DNA from: Synergistales bacterium
Lineage (GTDB): Bacteria; Synergistota; Synergistia; Synergistales; JAFGMB01
DNA: 64,000 nt
NCBI GenBank assembly: GCA_963666205.1
Contig: OY762654.1
Location: forward strand, 2,272,001-2,336,000
Direction: 5' to 3'
Shown here: positions 10,587-21,828 of the stretch, in pieces
Layout of the letters: the number at the start of each line of letters is the position of its first letter
Numbering within the stretch: the first letter of the stretch is position 1
Notes under the pieces: generated by a model
What the model was told of the DNA's origin: nothing
What the model saw: only the letters and a program-made list of their open reading frames with translations
Database searches by the model: none
Made by a program: the position numbers and the translations under genes

Positions 10587-10893
10587 GCCAAAGATTGTGA
10601 AGTACAAGGAGCCTGAAAGGGCTGAAGATTATCCTGTAGGAGCTACCTTCAGGGCTGGCCATCTTGTGCAGGCGAACGCAGGCTGGAGAACGTTCAGACC
10701 CGTTATCGATGAGGACAAGTGCATTAAATGTCTCAGATGTTTCCTTGTCTGCCCTGATGGTGCCATCGATAAATCTGGAGAGACTCTTGAAATAGACTAC
10801 AATTTCTGCAAGGGCTGTGGCATCTGTGCCCATGAATGTAAAGTCGGTGCCATCAGAATGGTCAAGGAAGGGGCTGATGAGGATGGCAGGTAG
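10579..10893 (+). CDS. porD: 2-oxoacid:ferredoxin oxidoreductase delta subunit (2x[4Fe-4S])
   Basis: WRTFRPV; CIKCLRCFLVCP and CKGCGICAHEC. Confidence 0.92.
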   Translation: MDRPKIVKYKEPERAEDYPVGATFRAGHLVQANAGWRTFRPVIDEDKCIKCLRCFLVCPDGAIDKSGETLEIDYNFCKGCGICAHECKVGAIRMVKEGADEDGR

Positions 10894-12070
10894 AAAGATC
10901 TTTATTTCAGGCGACGAGGCGGTAGCAGAGGCAGTTCGCCTGGTGAGTCCCCATGTTATTTCTGCATATCCCATAACCCCTCAGACAGTAGCAGTGGAAA
11001 GGATTTCCGATTTTGTGGAGGATGGTTCTCTCAAGGCAGAGTATATCCATGTGGAGTCAGAGCATAGTGCCATGTCCGCTGCTCTGGGTGCTGCAGCAGT
11101 CGGAGCCAGGACCTTTACCGCAACATCCTCTCAGGGTCTGCTTTACATGGCCGAAGTTCTGCCGTATGTGAGCGGAGCGAGATTTCCTATTGTAATGATG
11201 AATGCCAACAGGGCCCTTGCCGTTCCATGGGCTCTCCTCTCGGACCACAGGGATTCCCTTTCACAGCTCGATTCAGGATGGATACAGGTCTATTGTGAAG
11301 ATGCCCAGGAGACCCTGGATATGATAATCCAGGCCTACAGGATAGCTGAGGATGAGAGGGTCATGACTCCCATGATGGTTAACCTGGACGGTTTTGTCCT
11401 GACCCATACCTATGAACTGGTAGAGCTTCCTGACCAGGCTGCATTGAAAAGTTTCCTTCCCGATTACAGCACGGATAACAAGATGGACCTCGATGCTCCT
11501 AAAAGCGTATGTCTTGCCGCCATGAACCATTATATGGAATACATGATGAAGCAGGAGCTGGACATGAGGAACGTTGAAAGCATAATCGAAGAAACTGACA
11601 GGGAGTACGGAGAAATGTTCGGCAGGTCGTACGGAGGAATGATAGAGCAGTACATGTGTGATGGCGCAGATGCCGTACTTGTCACTCTCGGAAGTGTTAC
11701 GGGAACGGCCAGGGTAGTGGTAGATTCCATGAGATCAGAGGGCTATAAGGTAGGGCTTGTCAAATTGAGGTTCATGAGGCCCTTCCCGAAAGAGGAGATA
11801 ATAGAGATCGGATCAAAGGTTAAAGCCATTGGGGTGGTGGATAAGGACATCTCGGTAGGATATGAGGGCATAGTCTTTACCAATGTCAATTCGGCCCTTT
11901 CAGACCTCGATAAAGTTCCGCAGCGGCTCAACTTTATTGCAGGTCTTGGAGGCAGGAATGTTTCCAAGGCCCATATCAGGGATATGTACATGCAGCTGCT
12001 TGAAGTGGCAGAAGGGAAAGAGAAAGAGAAGATCCAGTTCGTAAATGCGAGGTGTGAATATAATGGATAA
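10883..12070 (+). CDS. porA: 2-oxoacid:ferredoxin oxidoreductase alpha subunit
   Basis: AYPITPQT, ESEHSAMS, TATSSQGL, GLGGR. Confidence 0.93.
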   Translation: MAGRKIFISGDEAVAEAVRLVSPHVISAYPITPQTVAVERISDFVEDGSLKAEYIHVESEHSAMSAALGAAAVGARTFTATSSQGLLYMAEVLPYVSGARFPIVMMNANRALAVPWALLSDHRDSLSQLDSGWIQVYCEDAQETLDMIIQAYRIAEDERVMTPMMVNLDGFVLTHTYELVELPDQAALKSFLPDYSTDNKMDLDAPKSVCLAAMNHYMEYMMKQELDMRNVESIIEETDREYGEMFGRSYGGMIEQYMCDGADAVLVTLGSVTGTARVVVDSMRSEGYKVGLVKLRFMRPFPKEEIIEIGSKVKAIGVVDKDISVGYEGIVFTNVNSALSDLDKVPQRLNFIAGLGGRNVSKAHIRDMYMQLLEVAEGKEKEKIQFVNARCEYNG

Positions 12071-12962
12071 GAACATGGTGACCAATGCCAGGGAATTAAC
12101 CAACAGTGAGTTTTTCTATGGCCATAAAGCCTGTGCCGGGTGTGGTGGAAGCCTTGCGGTAAGGCTTGCCCTTAAAGTGCTTGGTCAGAACTCTTTTGTT
12201 TCCCTCCCACCGAACTGCATGTCCGCTGTCGGGTTCCTTTTCCCTCAGATCTCCTTTGTTACCAATGCCATTATTGCTCCATTTGCCGCTAATGCTGCGG
12301 TCCTTTCTGGTATAGAAGCCGGAGCAAAGGCCCTGGGACTCAAGGATCACCATGTGGTGGGTTTTGCAGGTGATGGCGGTACAGCCGATATCGGGATACA
12401 GGCCCTGTCTGGAGCCATAGACAGGGGCGACAGGATAATCTACATCTGCTATGACAACGAGGCTTATATGAATACGGGTATCCAACAGAGTGGACTTACC
12501 CCCTATGGTTCAAGTACCACCACTTCTCCGGCTGGAAAGAACCTTCCAGGTTCTACAAAAATGAAAAAGAACATGTTCGAGATAGTTGCTGCCCACGGTA
12601 TATCCTATGCAGCAACTGCGAGTATCGGATATCCTGAAGATTACCTGAAAAAGGTAAGTAAGGCCGCCCAGTGTGAGAGCACTTCATACATACATGTAAT
12701 GGCTCCATGCTGTACCGGTTGGGGTTTCCCCGGTGAAAGAACCATTGAAATAGCCAAAGAGGCAGTTGACTGTGGATTATGGTTCCTGGCGGAATATGAG
12801 AATGAGAAATTTACACTTAATAGAAAACCCTCTTCCTTTAGTTCTGTCAGGGAATACCTGATGAAACAGGCCAGATTCAGACATCTCAAGGATAATGACA
12901 TCAGCATAATTGAGCAGTACAGGGATCATAAATGGCAGAAGATGCTTAAGAACTGGGATTGA
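12063..12962 (+). CDS. porB: 2-oxoacid:ferredoxin oxidoreductase beta subunit (TPP-binding)
   Basis: GHKACAGCG, GDGGTADIG, YDNEAYMNTG.Q.S. Confidence 0.93.
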   Translation: MDKNMVTNARELTNSEFFYGHKACAGCGGSLAVRLALKVLGQNSFVSLPPNCMSAVGFLFPQISFVTNAIIAPFAANAAVLSGIEAGAKALGLKDHHVVGFAGDGGTADIGIQALSGAIDRGDRIIYICYDNEAYMNTGIQQSGLTPYGSSTTTSPAGKNLPGSTKMKKNMFEIVAAHGISYAATASIGYPEDYLKKVSKAAQCESTSYIHVMAPCCTGWGFPGERTIEIAKEAVDCGLWFLAEYENEKFTLNRKPSSFSSVREYLMKQARFRHLKDNDISIIEQYRDHKWQKMLKNWD

Positions 12963-12988
12963 TAAATTAAGAGATCCGGAGAAAACAG

Positions 12989-13034
12989 AAAAGAGGCCCC
13001 CTCAGTTTTTAATCAGCTGAGCCGGGCCTCTTTG
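12989..13034. terminator. Bidirectional terminator between porB and pgl
   Basis: Inverted repeat AAAAGAGGCCC...GGGCCTCTTTT between convergent genes. Confidence 0.7.
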
Positions 13035-13046
13035 ACTTTGTCCGGG

Positions 13047-13703
13047 TCATAATGAACCTGCGGCATCTCTGTCTGCAAAAATATAAACCGGTCCTTCAGG
13101 GGAAAGCATATTAGCAGGGAACTCCTGTCCCTGTAGAAGATCCTTAAGGACTTCTTTTTTTGCAGTGCCTGTAACACAGAAAAAGATCTTCTTTGAACGG
13201 TTAAGGGTTGAGATCGAGAGTGATATCCTTTGCGATGGTGATTTGGGGGCATTGATTACATTTACTACGGGAGAGGTTTCCTTGAGAGCGGGGTTTCCTG
13301 GAAACAGGCTTGCAGTGTGTCCATCCGCCCCAAGACCCAGGATAGTAATCTCAAAGGGCAGTATTTTTTCAAAGGATTGACCTTCGGAGTCAGGTTTCTT
13401 AAAACAGCGTAATTGTTCATAAAGATCCAATATACGGCAGGGAAGACCCCAAAATATCTTTTTCAGGGAGGTATCATTTCTTTCAGGATGGCCCTTGGGA
13501 TAACAGCGTTCATCCGTTGGAATAAATATGACCCTCTCCCAGGGGATATTACACATTGCAGCAAGTCTTGCATACGTTCTGAGGGGGGAGCTGCCTCCTG
13601 CCAGCGCGGCTGTCCCGCCATAATAAAGAGAAGCAGTTAATTCATCTGCAAGTTCCAGAGACAGGGATTCCGGGTCGCTGAATACTCTCAGAGAGATCTC
13701 CAT
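13047..13703 (-). CDS. pgl: 6-phosphogluconolactonase
   Basis: [32 protein letters not shown]; in an operon with zwf and gnd. Confidence 0.92.
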   Translation of the reverse strand: MEISLRVFSDPESLSLELADELTASLYYGGTAALAGGSSPLRTYARLAAMCNIPWERVIFIPTDERCYPKGHPERNDTSLKKIFWGLPCRILDLYEQLRCFKKPDSEGQSFEKILPFEITILGLGADGHTASLFPGNPALKETSPVVNVINAPKSPSQRISLSISTLNRSKKIFFCVTGTAKKEVLKDLLQGQEFPANMLSPEGPVYIFADRDAAGSL

Positions 13704-15100
13704 CTGTGACCTTCCTCCAGGATCTTATCCTGACAGAATGGACCTGAAGACCCATCATTATAACTTTCGAGAGATTCACTTGAATTTTCCCATTTCAGAA
13801 GAATGGGTTGCAAGGCATGCCAGGACCAGTTTATCTCATCGAATCTCAGAGAATGACTCCTGTCTCCATCTATAATATCCTTTATCAATGAAGAATAGTC
13901 GGGAAGGGCCCTGTATCCGTCTCTCTGGTAGGGTGAGGTAAGGTTTATAGAGCTTGCCTCAAGCTCCAGGCCTGGTTTCTTTGCCTGCATTATCATGCTT
14001 ATTTTCTGTTCCGGTTTGATATCAAAGATCAGCCAGTTGGTCTCAAAGGGCTCGCTTCCGCAGAGACAGGAATAGAATAGTGCCAGGGGTGGGAGTTTAA
14101 ACTCAATGGCTACCTGGGTTGAAGATCTTTTCATTTTCTTTCCTGTCCTGAGGTAAAAGGGCACATCCTTCCATCTCCAGTTATCTATAAAAAGTTTCAT
14201 TGCAACAAATGTTTCAGTTCTGGAATCAGCGGGGATACCCTTTTCGGAAGCATATCCCCTGTAAGTTCCCCTCACCGCTGATTTATCTATCATTGAACCA
14301 TCGAGTTGACGTAAAGACCTCAGGACTTTAACTTTTTCGTCCCTCAGAAAAGTAGGGTCAAGGGTAGCCGGCGGTTCCATGGCTGTAAGGGCCAGTATCT
14401 GAAGAAGGTGATTCTGAACCATATCCCTCAAAGCCCCCACCTTGTCGTAATAGGATCCTCTGAGTTCTATTCCCTCTTCCTCAAAGGCCGTTATCTGGAC
14501 CTGCCTGATATAGTTTCTATTCCATAAAGGTTCCATAAGCATGTTGGCAAAACGGAATACAAGGATATTCTGTATGGTTTCCTTGCCAAGAAAATGGTCA
14601 AGCCTGTAGATCTGATCTTCGTTCCATAAAGCATGGATCCTTTCATCCAGTTCCAGAGAACTGATTTCATCCCATCCAAAGGGTTTTTCCAGCACTATTC
14701 GCCGAAAACCACTGTCTTCAATATTTAAACCGGAACTGGCAAGGTCTTCGGCAGTGGAAGCAAAAAGAGATGGAGGCAGGGAAAGATAAAAAATTATAGA
14801 TTCAGCGAAAATCTGCTTCATTTGGGACGAATTTCTTACCAGATCCTCCCACTCCATGTAGAAGAATCTGTTACAGAATTCGGCCAGTATTTTCCTTTCG
14901 CAGGAAGGTTTGGCCCGGTTTATAGAGTTTCTGATGCTTTCCCTGAAGGAATTATTGTCCATTTTCTGGCGGCTGATGCCCCATATCCTTATGTCGGCGG
15001 GTAGGTAACCCTTTTCTTCTAGGGTAAAAAGTGAAGGAAGGAGTTTTTTCCTGGCCAGGTTCCCGGTAATGCCAAAGATAACCATGTCAACCATTTTCAA
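13688..15100 (-). CDS. zwf: Glucose-6-phosphate 1-dehydrogenase
   Basis: [43 protein letters not shown]. Confidence 0.95.
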   Translation of the reverse strand: MKMVDMVIFGITGNLARKKLLPSLFTLEEKGYLPADIRIWGISRQKMDNNSFRESIRNSINRAKPSCERKILAEFCNRFFYMEWEDLVRNSSQMKQIFAESIIFYLSLPPSLFASTAEDLASSGLNIEDSGFRRIVLEKPFGWDEISSLELDERIHALWNEDQIYRLDHFLGKETIQNILVFRFANMLMEPLWNRNYIRQVQITAFEEEGIELRGSYYDKVGALRDMVQNHLLQILALTAMEPPATLDPTFLRDEKVKVLRSLRQLDGSMIDKSAVRGTYRGYASEKGIPADSRTETFVAMKLFIDNWRWKDVPFYLRTGKKMKRSSTQVAIEFKLPPLALFYSCLCGSEPFETNWLIFDIKPEQKISMIMQAKKPGLELEASSINLTSPYQRDGYRALPDYSSLIKDIIDGDRSHSLRFDEINWSWHALQPILLKWENSSESLESYNDGSSGPFCQDKILEEGHRWRSL

Positions 15101-16011
15101 TCCGCCTTCTTGATCTCATGTCCTCCAAAAGCATTTCGCATAATGGCCAGGATCTTATCTCCGTATTTTTCTTCATTTCTGCTGCTGAAACGCTCAAAAA
15201 GAGCATTTGCAAGTATGGGTACGGGTACGTCCAGGTCTACTGCTTCTCTCAATGCCCATCTGGCTTCTCCCGAATCTCCAACCTCAGGGATTATTTCCGC
15301 AAGTTCCTGATCCTCTACAAGGTACATGGCCAGTAGATCCAGAAGCCAGCTTCGAATGACAGTACCATCCTTCCATGCATTCGAAACAGTTGCCAGGTCC
15401 AGACCAAATTCCTTTTTTTTCTTCAGGAGCTCGAATCCTTCAGCATAAGCCTGCATCATTCCGTACTCTATGGCATTGTGTACCATCTTGACATAATGTC
15501 CTGAACCGGGAAGTCCAGTATGAACCCATCCTTTGTTTTCACCTGGAGCCAGGGTATGGACAAGGGGCAGAATCATTTCTGCAACTTCTTTTTCTGCTCC
15601 AAACATAAGTCCATAGCCTTCTTTCTCTCCCCATATTCCTCCGGATACTCCCATATCTACAAAATGTATGCCCTTTTCTTCAAGATTACGATATCGGGTC
15701 ATGGAATCCCGATAGTCGGAATTTCCCCCATCAATTATGCAATCTCCCTTTTCCATGATCTCTGATAAAATCCTGATGGTAGTATCGGTAGGTATCCCTG
15801 CAGGAAGCATGATCCATATGACTCGGGGATGGTTGATAGCCCTGACCAGTTCCTCAGGAGTAGAGCACGGCGTAAGACCGCTCTTTGCCAGGTCTTTGAC
15901 GGCTTCATAGCTCCTGTTATATCCGTAGACATCAAAACCTTTGCGAAGGAGTCTTTTCGCTATACCTCTGCCCATTTTCCCCAAACCTATAATTCCAATC
16001 TGTCTGATCAT
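15097..16011 (-). CDS. gnd: 6-phosphogluconate dehydrogenase (decarboxylating, short form)
   Basis: [38 protein letters not shown]. Confidence 0.95.
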   Translation of the reverse strand: MIRQIGIIGLGKMGRGIAKRLLRKGFDVYGYNRSYEAVKDLAKSGLTPCSTPEELVRAINHPRVIWIMLPAGIPTDTTIRILSEIMEKGDCIIDGGNSDYRDSMTRYRNLEEKGIHFVDMGVSGGIWGEKEGYGLMFGAEKEVAEMILPLVHTLAPGENKGWVHTGLPGSGHYVKMVHNAIEYGMMQAYAEGFELLKKKKEFGLDLATVSNAWKDGTVIRSWLLDLLAMYLVEDQELAEIIPEVGDSGEARWALREAVDLDVPVPILANALFERFSSRNEEKYGDKILAIMRNAFGGHEIKKAD

Positions 16012-16155
16012 AATACTAATATATTACCATATATTCATATGGCAATGAATTATAATTATGGTGCATTTTCTTGAGGATCATCCTTCTCTGATATACTTCT
16101 TGAGAAAGAGAGAATGCTTAAATCCGTCAAATATTTACATTGGAGAGGGTCAGAA

Positions 16156-16692
16156 ATGAAAAAATGGCTGGTTATACTTGTTGTCCTTTCAATGACGATC
16201 CTTATTGTCCTCTTTTTCAGAGACCTCCGCAGAAACGATATTTCCGGGGAGTACGATAGGGGTAACACGCCAGTTACGGAAGTAAAGAGAAGCCTGCCTG
16301 AAAAAAAGCCTGCAGGAGAAGAAATGGATCTGGAGAAGTACAGGATAAAAGCTGTTGATGGGAGAAAGGATATACAGGGAGATCTTTCTGTTATCCCTGA
16401 TGCTGATTCCCTTCAAAAACTTGCAGATGGTATAAATGGAAAGAAGAATTCTTCCGGGGAGGGAACTTGCGGTTCTATTGATCTGCCACCTAAAATTAAA
16501 GAGGCAGCGGATCAACTTAAGGATATGGTCGATTCTTTTGATGATGCAACTCTGAAGACAACCAGAAGGGCATTGAACAATATCCCCTTTTTCGAAGCGG
16601 AGCCCTCCAAAGCAAAGATCAGGATGTCTGGTGACAGGGTCACTCTGAAAGTTACTATTCCTGCTGATGATATAAGGATCGGCAAGAATTAG
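16156..16692 (+). CDS. Membrane-anchored hypothetical protein
   Basis: GGAGAGGG RBS; N-terminal hydrophobic anchor; no recognisable domain. Confidence 0.65.
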   Translation: MKKWLVILVVLSMTILIVLFFRDLRRNDISGEYDRGNTPVTEVKRSLPEKKPAGEEMDLEKYRIKAVDGRKDIQGDLSVIPDADSLQKLADGINGKKNSSGEGTCGSIDLPPKIKEAADQLKDMVDSFDDATLKTTRRALNNIPFFEAEPSKAKIRMSGDRVTLKVTIPADDIRIGKN

Positions 16693-16748
16693 GTTTCGTT
16701 CAGGTTCAAACCTGGGTTTCTGTTCCAGTCACAATGTTAGCTCTTATT

Positions 16749-17217
16749 ATGCTTGAGATCATAGATGCTCTCAAGAAAACGCAGTATCTGTCATTTCTGA
16801 GGTCACTTTTTTCTGAATATGCCGGGTCTCTTGAGTCTGATCTTGATTTTCAGGATTTTTCCATGGAGTAATCATCTTTACCTGGCAAATATTCCTCTCC
16901 TGAAGGAGTTCTCCTGCTTTCTCTTTTCAACGGAAGTCCCGCCGGGTGTAGCCATGCATCCGTGTTCTGGAGATGTTCTCGAAATGAAAAGACTCTATGT
17001 TAATCCATACTTTCAAGGCTTATCCATTGGAAGAAAACTGGCAGAGAAACTCATTGAGCTGGTCGGGTCCTAAGGATTCAGTTTTATGAGACTGGACACT
17101 GTCGCTACAATGACATTTGCCATAGCCCTTTACAATTCTTTTGGTTTCAGGGAAATTCCCCCTTACTGCTATAATCCAGTTCCGGGTGCTCTTTTCCTGG
17201 AATTTAAACTTGAATGA
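16749..17217 (+). pseudogene. GNAT acetyltransferase pseudogene
   Basis: Reconstructed reading: ...EYAGSLESDLDFQDFSME*SSLPGKYSSPEG...AGC / ...EMKRLYVNP...GRKLAEKLI...*GFSFMRLDT...LYNSFGFREIPPYCYNP; TAA at 16869 and 17071 plus a frameshift near 16948. Confidence 0.85.
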
Positions 17218-17443
17218 ACTGCCTTTTCCCGTAAAGCATTTTCTTACCCCTTTCATTTTTATCTCTTGTGCTTCCTGTCAAGTTCTTGAGATTGAGAGTT
17301 TTGAGGGCAATAGCCTTTTAAGGCTATTGCCCTTTACATTTTATTGAATATAATCAATAACAGTTAGTTAAACTTATGATGGGATATCTTTCTATCTGGG
17401 AACAGTTTTTTGCCCTGAAATGTCAGGGCAGGAGGAGGAGGAA

Positions 17444-18640
17444 ATGAAAAAAGCCTATGTGGTAGGAACATGTGATACCAAGTACCATGAGCTGGCTTAC
17501 GTGAGGGATCTTATAAGAAAAACGGGTATAGAGACCGTACTTGTCGATGTGGGCATCAGATCTCATGATCATCCGGTGGATGTTTCAAATACAGAGGTAG
17601 CCAGTTATCATCCCGACCTGAGGGATCTTCTGGAAAAGGTCACTGACAGAGGAGAGGCAGTTATTGCCATGTCAAAGGCTCTCGAGAGGTTCATCGTAAC
17701 CAGGGATGATCTTTACGGTATTATCGGGCTCGGTGGTTCAGGTGGTACATCCCTTATTACATCGGGAATGAGACAACTTCCCATAGGTTTGCCGAAGATC
17801 ATGGTTTCAACTGTGGCCTCTTCAAATGTTGCTCCGTATGTGGGACCTAACGATATATGTATGATGTATTCGGTGACTGATGTGGCTGGGATCAACAGGA
17901 TATCCAGGGTGGTGCTTGGAAACGCCGCCCATGCCCTGGCAGGGATGGTCAAAGAGACTATTCCTGTGGAAAAAAATGGAAAAGAACCTTTGGGAATGAC
18001 CATGTTCGGTGTCACTACTCCATGTGTGAATCAGTTAATGGATCTTCTCCAGGAAGATTATGACTGCCTGGTCTTTCATGCTACGGGAACAGGTGGTCAG
18101 TCAATGGAAAAACTTGTTGATTCCCGGGTGATGAAGCGGGTAATAGATGTAACAACTACCGAGGTTTGTGACCTTATGATGGGTGGTGTCTTCAGTGCGG
18201 GGGAAGACCGGTTTGGAGCGATAATACGGAGCGGTATACCTTATGTCGGATCCTGTGGGGCTCTCGATATGGTGAATTTTGGTGCAATGGAGACAGTTCC
18301 CGAGAAATACAGAGGAAGAAATCTCTATGTCCATAATCCTCAGGTAACCCTTATGAGGACAACCCCCGAGGAGAATCGAAAAATGGGAGAATGGATAGGC
18401 CATAAACTCAATCAGTGTAATGGACCAGTGCGTTTCCTTTTGCCTGAAAAAGGGGTATCCATGATAGATGCTCCTGATATGCCTTTTTACGATCCGGATG
18501 CCGATGAAGCATTCTTTAGTTCTCTTGAAGAAACTCTGGAGCAAACCCATACCCGAAAGGTTATTCGGCTGCCGTACCATATCAATGATCCGGAGTTTGT
18601 TGCAGCTCTTGTGGACAATTTCAGGGAGATCAACTCCTAG
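17444..18640 (+). CDS. Tm-1-like ATP-binding domain protein (UPF0261)
   Basis: GTCDTK, GGSGGT, LPIGLPKIMVST, TMFGVTTPCV, FHATGTGG, HNPQVTLMRT. Confidence 0.92.
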   Translation: MKKAYVVGTCDTKYHELAYVRDLIRKTGIETVLVDVGIRSHDHPVDVSNTEVASYHPDLRDLLEKVTDRGEAVIAMSKALERFIVTRDDLYGIIGLGGSGGTSLITSGMRQLPIGLPKIMVSTVASSNVAPYVGPNDICMMYSVTDVAGINRISRVVLGNAAHALAGMVKETIPVEKNGKEPLGMTMFGVTTPCVNQLMDLLQEDYDCLVFHATGTGGQSMEKLVDSRVMKRVIDVTTTEVCDLMMGGVFSAGEDRFGAIIRSGIPYVGSCGALDMVNFGAMETVPEKYRGRNLYVHNPQVTLMRTTPEENRKMGEWIGHKLNQCNGPVRFLLPEKGVSMIDAPDMPFYDPDADEAFFSSLEETLEQTHTRKVIRLPYHINDPEFVAALVDNFREINS

Positions 18641-18747
18641 AAATTCCTATGGTTAATAGAACAGGTCTCAGGTATTTTATTTTGCGTGTTCAGCTTTTCA
18701 CCTGAAACCGGGATCAGGAACAAAAATCTTGTTGGGGGGGATTTTGT

Positions 18748-19578
18748 ATGAATAAACTTACCAGAACGGAACTGCTGGAAAAATTTCGAAATATGATCGA
18801 AAGAAACGAACCCATCATAGGTGGGGGAGCTGGTACTGGTATTTCTGCGAAATGGGAAGAAGCCGGTGGGATAGACCTCATAGTTATTTATAATTCCGGC
18901 CGTTACCGTATGGCGGGCCGGGGATCCCTGGCAGGTCTCATGGCTTACGGAAATGCCAACCAGATAGTTAAGGAAATGGCGATGGAAGTCATCCCGGTCG
19001 TCAAAAATGTTCCGGTACTTGCTGGTATCAATGGAACCGACCCATTCGTTCACTGGGATAATTTTCTTAAAGAACTCAGAGATCTGGGTTTTGCAGGAGT
19101 TCAGAACTTTCCTACAGTAGGACTTATCGATGGGATCTTCAGGGCAAATCTGGAGGAAACCGGAATGGGTTATGGCCTTGAAGTCGAAGCTATACGAATG
19201 GCCCACAAAATGGATATGCTTACTACACCTTATGTATTCAGCTCAGAAGATGCCATAGCCATGACAGAAGCAGGTGCTGATATTATCGTGTGCCATATGG
19301 GACTAACAACCAGGGGCAGCATTGGAGCCCATACATCAAAGACCCTGGATCAATGTGTGGCTCTTATTGATGAATGGGCATCGGCTGCTAGAAGTGTAAG
19401 GGAGGATGTGATCGTACTTTGTCATGGAGGGCCTTTAGCAATGCCTGAAGATGCACAGTATGTCCTTGAACGCTGCCGGGATATCAATGGTTTCTATGGC
19501 GCCAGCAGCATGGAAAGACTTCCCGTGGAAATTGCCATAAAGGAACAGATAGAAAAGTTCAAAAAAGTGACTTTCTGA
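18748..19578 (+). CDS. TIM-barrel protein, phosphoenolpyruvate hydrolase-like (Tm-1 partner)
   Basis: [54 protein letters not shown]. Confidence 0.92.
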   Translation: MNKLTRTELLEKFRNMIERNEPIIGGGAGTGISAKWEEAGGIDLIVIYNSGRYRMAGRGSLAGLMAYGNANQIVKEMAMEVIPVVKNVPVLAGINGTDPFVHWDNFLKELRDLGFAGVQNFPTVGLIDGIFRANLEETGMGYGLEVEAIRMAHKMDMLTTPYVFSSEDAIAMTEAGADIIVCHMGLTTRGSIGAHTSKTLDQCVALIDEWASAARSVREDVIVLCHGGPLAMPEDAQYVLERCRDINGFYGASSMERLPVEIAIKEQIEKFKKVTF

Positions 19579-19594
19579 TGCTCCAGTTCAAATA

Positions 19595-19627
19595 ATTTAA
19601 AGCCGGGCTGAATACCCGGCTTTAAAT
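19595..19627. terminator. Bidirectional terminator
   Basis: ATTTAAAGCCGGG-loop-CCCGGCTTTAAAT between convergent genes. Confidence 0.8.
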
Positions 19628-19690
19628 CTATCTTTATTATTTTAGCTTGATCACATGTCTTTTCTTTTTTTAATTTTCTCTCTGCTGTTG

Positions 19691-20572
19691 TTAAATAAGA
19701 TCTACAATGTTGATATCGTCATGAATATAATATTTCCCAAAATTGGCAAGAGTTTCGTATTTCTTTATTTCTTCTTTAGCCTGTTCAGGATTTTTCAGGT
19801 AAATTCCGATTATCAATGCATGGATCAGTGCCACTACAGCGGACATGGGTTCAACAAGAGTAATAAATTTCATGGGGACTGTAAAAATCAGATCGCATAA
19901 TGCCGCTATAGGGGATACATGGCTGTCTGTTATTCCTATAAGAGAAACTCCTTTGGATTTGAGTATCTTGGCTATGGTCTGTGTTCTTTCAGGATATCTT
20001 GGAAAACTGAGTATCAGGGCTGAACAACCTTTACCTATATCTTTAAGGTCGTTATATTCCTCTATATTAAAATTAACTATCTTTTTCACTTTTTGTCGGA
20101 TGATACTCAGGTATAGAGCGTATTCTACAGCGCATGAATCCGGTTGAGCTCCTACGATAAGAATATTACTTGAATTATAGAGCAGGTTAACTGCCTTCTC
20201 AAAAATTTCCGGTTTCAGTAAAGCAAGAGTTTCATCCATTATAGCTTTTTCAATCCCGAAAACCTTGGAAAAAAGGTTCTGCTCAAGATCCTCTCTTGCA
20301 AGAGAGGATCTTTCCAGGGAAGAAATATGATCCTTGATCAGATCTTTCATTGCTAACTGCAAATCAGATGAACCGGAATAACCCAGGGTATGGGCTAATC
20401 TCGTTACTGTAGATTCACTAACACCGGCAGCTTTAGCCAAAGTAGAAGCATTCTCGAATGCCATGTTCCTGTAGTTCAGCAGCATGAATTTTGCAAGCTG
20501 ATATTGTTTGGGGCTGAGGGAATCTGCATTGCTGTTGATCCTTTGAATTAAGGGTTTCTTTGTGATTGTCAT
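19691..20572 (-). CDS. MurR/RpiR family transcriptional regulator
   Basis: HTH LAKAAGVSESTVTRLA..LGYSG; SIS domain SFPRY, ITDSHVSPIA. Confidence 0.92.
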   Translation of the reverse strand: MTITKKPLIQRINSNADSLSPKQYQLAKFMLLNYRNMAFENASTLAKAAGVSESTVTRLAHTLGYSGSSDLQLAMKDLIKDHISSLERSSLAREDLEQNLFSKVFGIEKAIMDETLALLKPEIFEKAVNLLYNSSNILIVGAQPDSCAVEYALYLSIIRQKVKKIVNFNIEEYNDLKDIGKGCSALILSFPRYPERTQTIAKILKSKGVSLIGITDSHVSPIAALCDLIFTVPMKFITLVEPMSAVVALIHALIIGIYLKNPEQAKEEIKKYETLANFGKYYIHDDINIVDLI

Positions 20573-20732
20573 TCAGGTGCCCCCATTCAGGAAAATCTTT
20601 ATTCAAAATCTGAGAAACCAGGTATTTACGAAACATTTCAGTCTGGGAAACTGTCATGTACTATCTTTAATTTCATCTAGAGAAAACTTCAATTCTGGAC
20701 CTTCTTGTCTAAAAATTCAGGGTATAGTATGA

Positions 20733-20761
20733 TTCTATCATATGATAGAAAATTTTCATCA
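20733..20761. promoter_or_regulatory. Palindromic operator between the divergent RpiR and threonine dehydrogenase genes
   Basis: Perfect 18-bp palindrome TTCTATCATATGATAGAA (20733-20750) overlapping a GAAAATTTTC palindrome. Confidence 0.55.
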
Positions 20762-20814
20762 AGTTCTTATTTTGCAAGAATATTTCCAGCATATTCGAAA
20801 GAGGGGGAGTTGGA

Positions 20815-21771
20815 ATGAAGAAAATCCTTGTAACGGGGTCATTGGGGCAGATAGGCGTGGAGTTGATAAATTATCTGAGAGATCTATATGGAGGGAACAG
20901 TGTTTTTGCTACGGATGTAAGTGATAAAGAACTTTCCAAAGTCAAACGTGATGGCCCCTTTGAAATCCTTGATGTCAGGGATGGAGAGGCTTTTGAGCAT
21001 ATTGTTTCTTCTTTTAAACCCGATACAATATTTCATCTGGCCGGGATCCTTTCAGCTAATGCGGAAAAATTTCCCCAGAAAGCATGGGATATTAATATGA
21101 ATGGTCTATGTAATGCTCTTGAAATAGCCCGAAATTATGAAACTTCCCTTTTCTTTCCAAGCTCAATTGCCGCCTTCGGCCCTGGCAGCCCATCGGATAA
21201 CACCCCGCAGGACTGTATGCAGAGACCTTCCACCATCTATGGGATAAGTAAAGTGGCAGGGGAATTACTATGTGATTACTATCATTCAAAATACGGATTG
21301 GATACCAGAGGAGTCCGCTTTCCCGGCCTCATCTCCTATGAAGCGCTTCCTGGAGGGGGAACCACAGATTATGCAGTACATATATACTATGATGCTTTAA
21401 CAAAAAAGAAATATACTTCATTTATCGCTTCCGCAACCTATATGGATATGATGTATATGCCCGATGCACTGGATGCAATGGTCAAACTGATGGAAGCAGA
21501 TCCTTCCAGACTTGTACATCGCAATTGCTTCAACATAACAGCCATGAGCTTTTGCCCTGAAGATATGGCGAAGGAGATTAAAAAATACATTCCGGACTTT
21601 GTTCTTGACTATGATGTTGATCCTGTTCGCCAGTCGATTGCGGAATCATGGCCCAATTCTATTGATCCTTCTTGTGCTGTTGAGGAATGGGAATTTTCTC
21701 CAGTATATGATCTGGAGGCCATGACTGCAGATATGCTTGAAAAAGTAGCCCTTAAACTGAAGCTTCGATAA
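20815..21771 (+). CDS. L-threonine 3-dehydrogenase (extended SDR/epimerase-like)
   Basis: ILVTGSLGQIG, PSSIAAFG, YGISK, PGGGTTDYAV, MMYMPD. Confidence 0.85.
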   Translation: MKKILVTGSLGQIGVELINYLRDLYGGNSVFATDVSDKELSKVKRDGPFEILDVRDGEAFEHIVSSFKPDTIFHLAGILSANAEKFPQKAWDINMNGLCNALEIARNYETSLFFPSSIAAFGPGSPSDNTPQDCMQRPSTIYGISKVAGELLCDYYHSKYGLDTRGVRFPGLISYEALPGGGTTDYAVHIYYDALTKKKYTSFIASATYMDMMYMPDALDAMVKLMEADPSRLVHRNCFNITAMSFCPEDMAKEIKKYIPDFVLDYDVDPVRQSIAESWPNSIDPSCAVEEWEFSPVYDLEAMTADMLEKVALKLKLR

Positions 21772-21828
21772 AAAGAGTAGTATTACTCTTTTCCAGGTTC
21801 GGAGGATTTTTTGAGAAAAGGTTTACTC

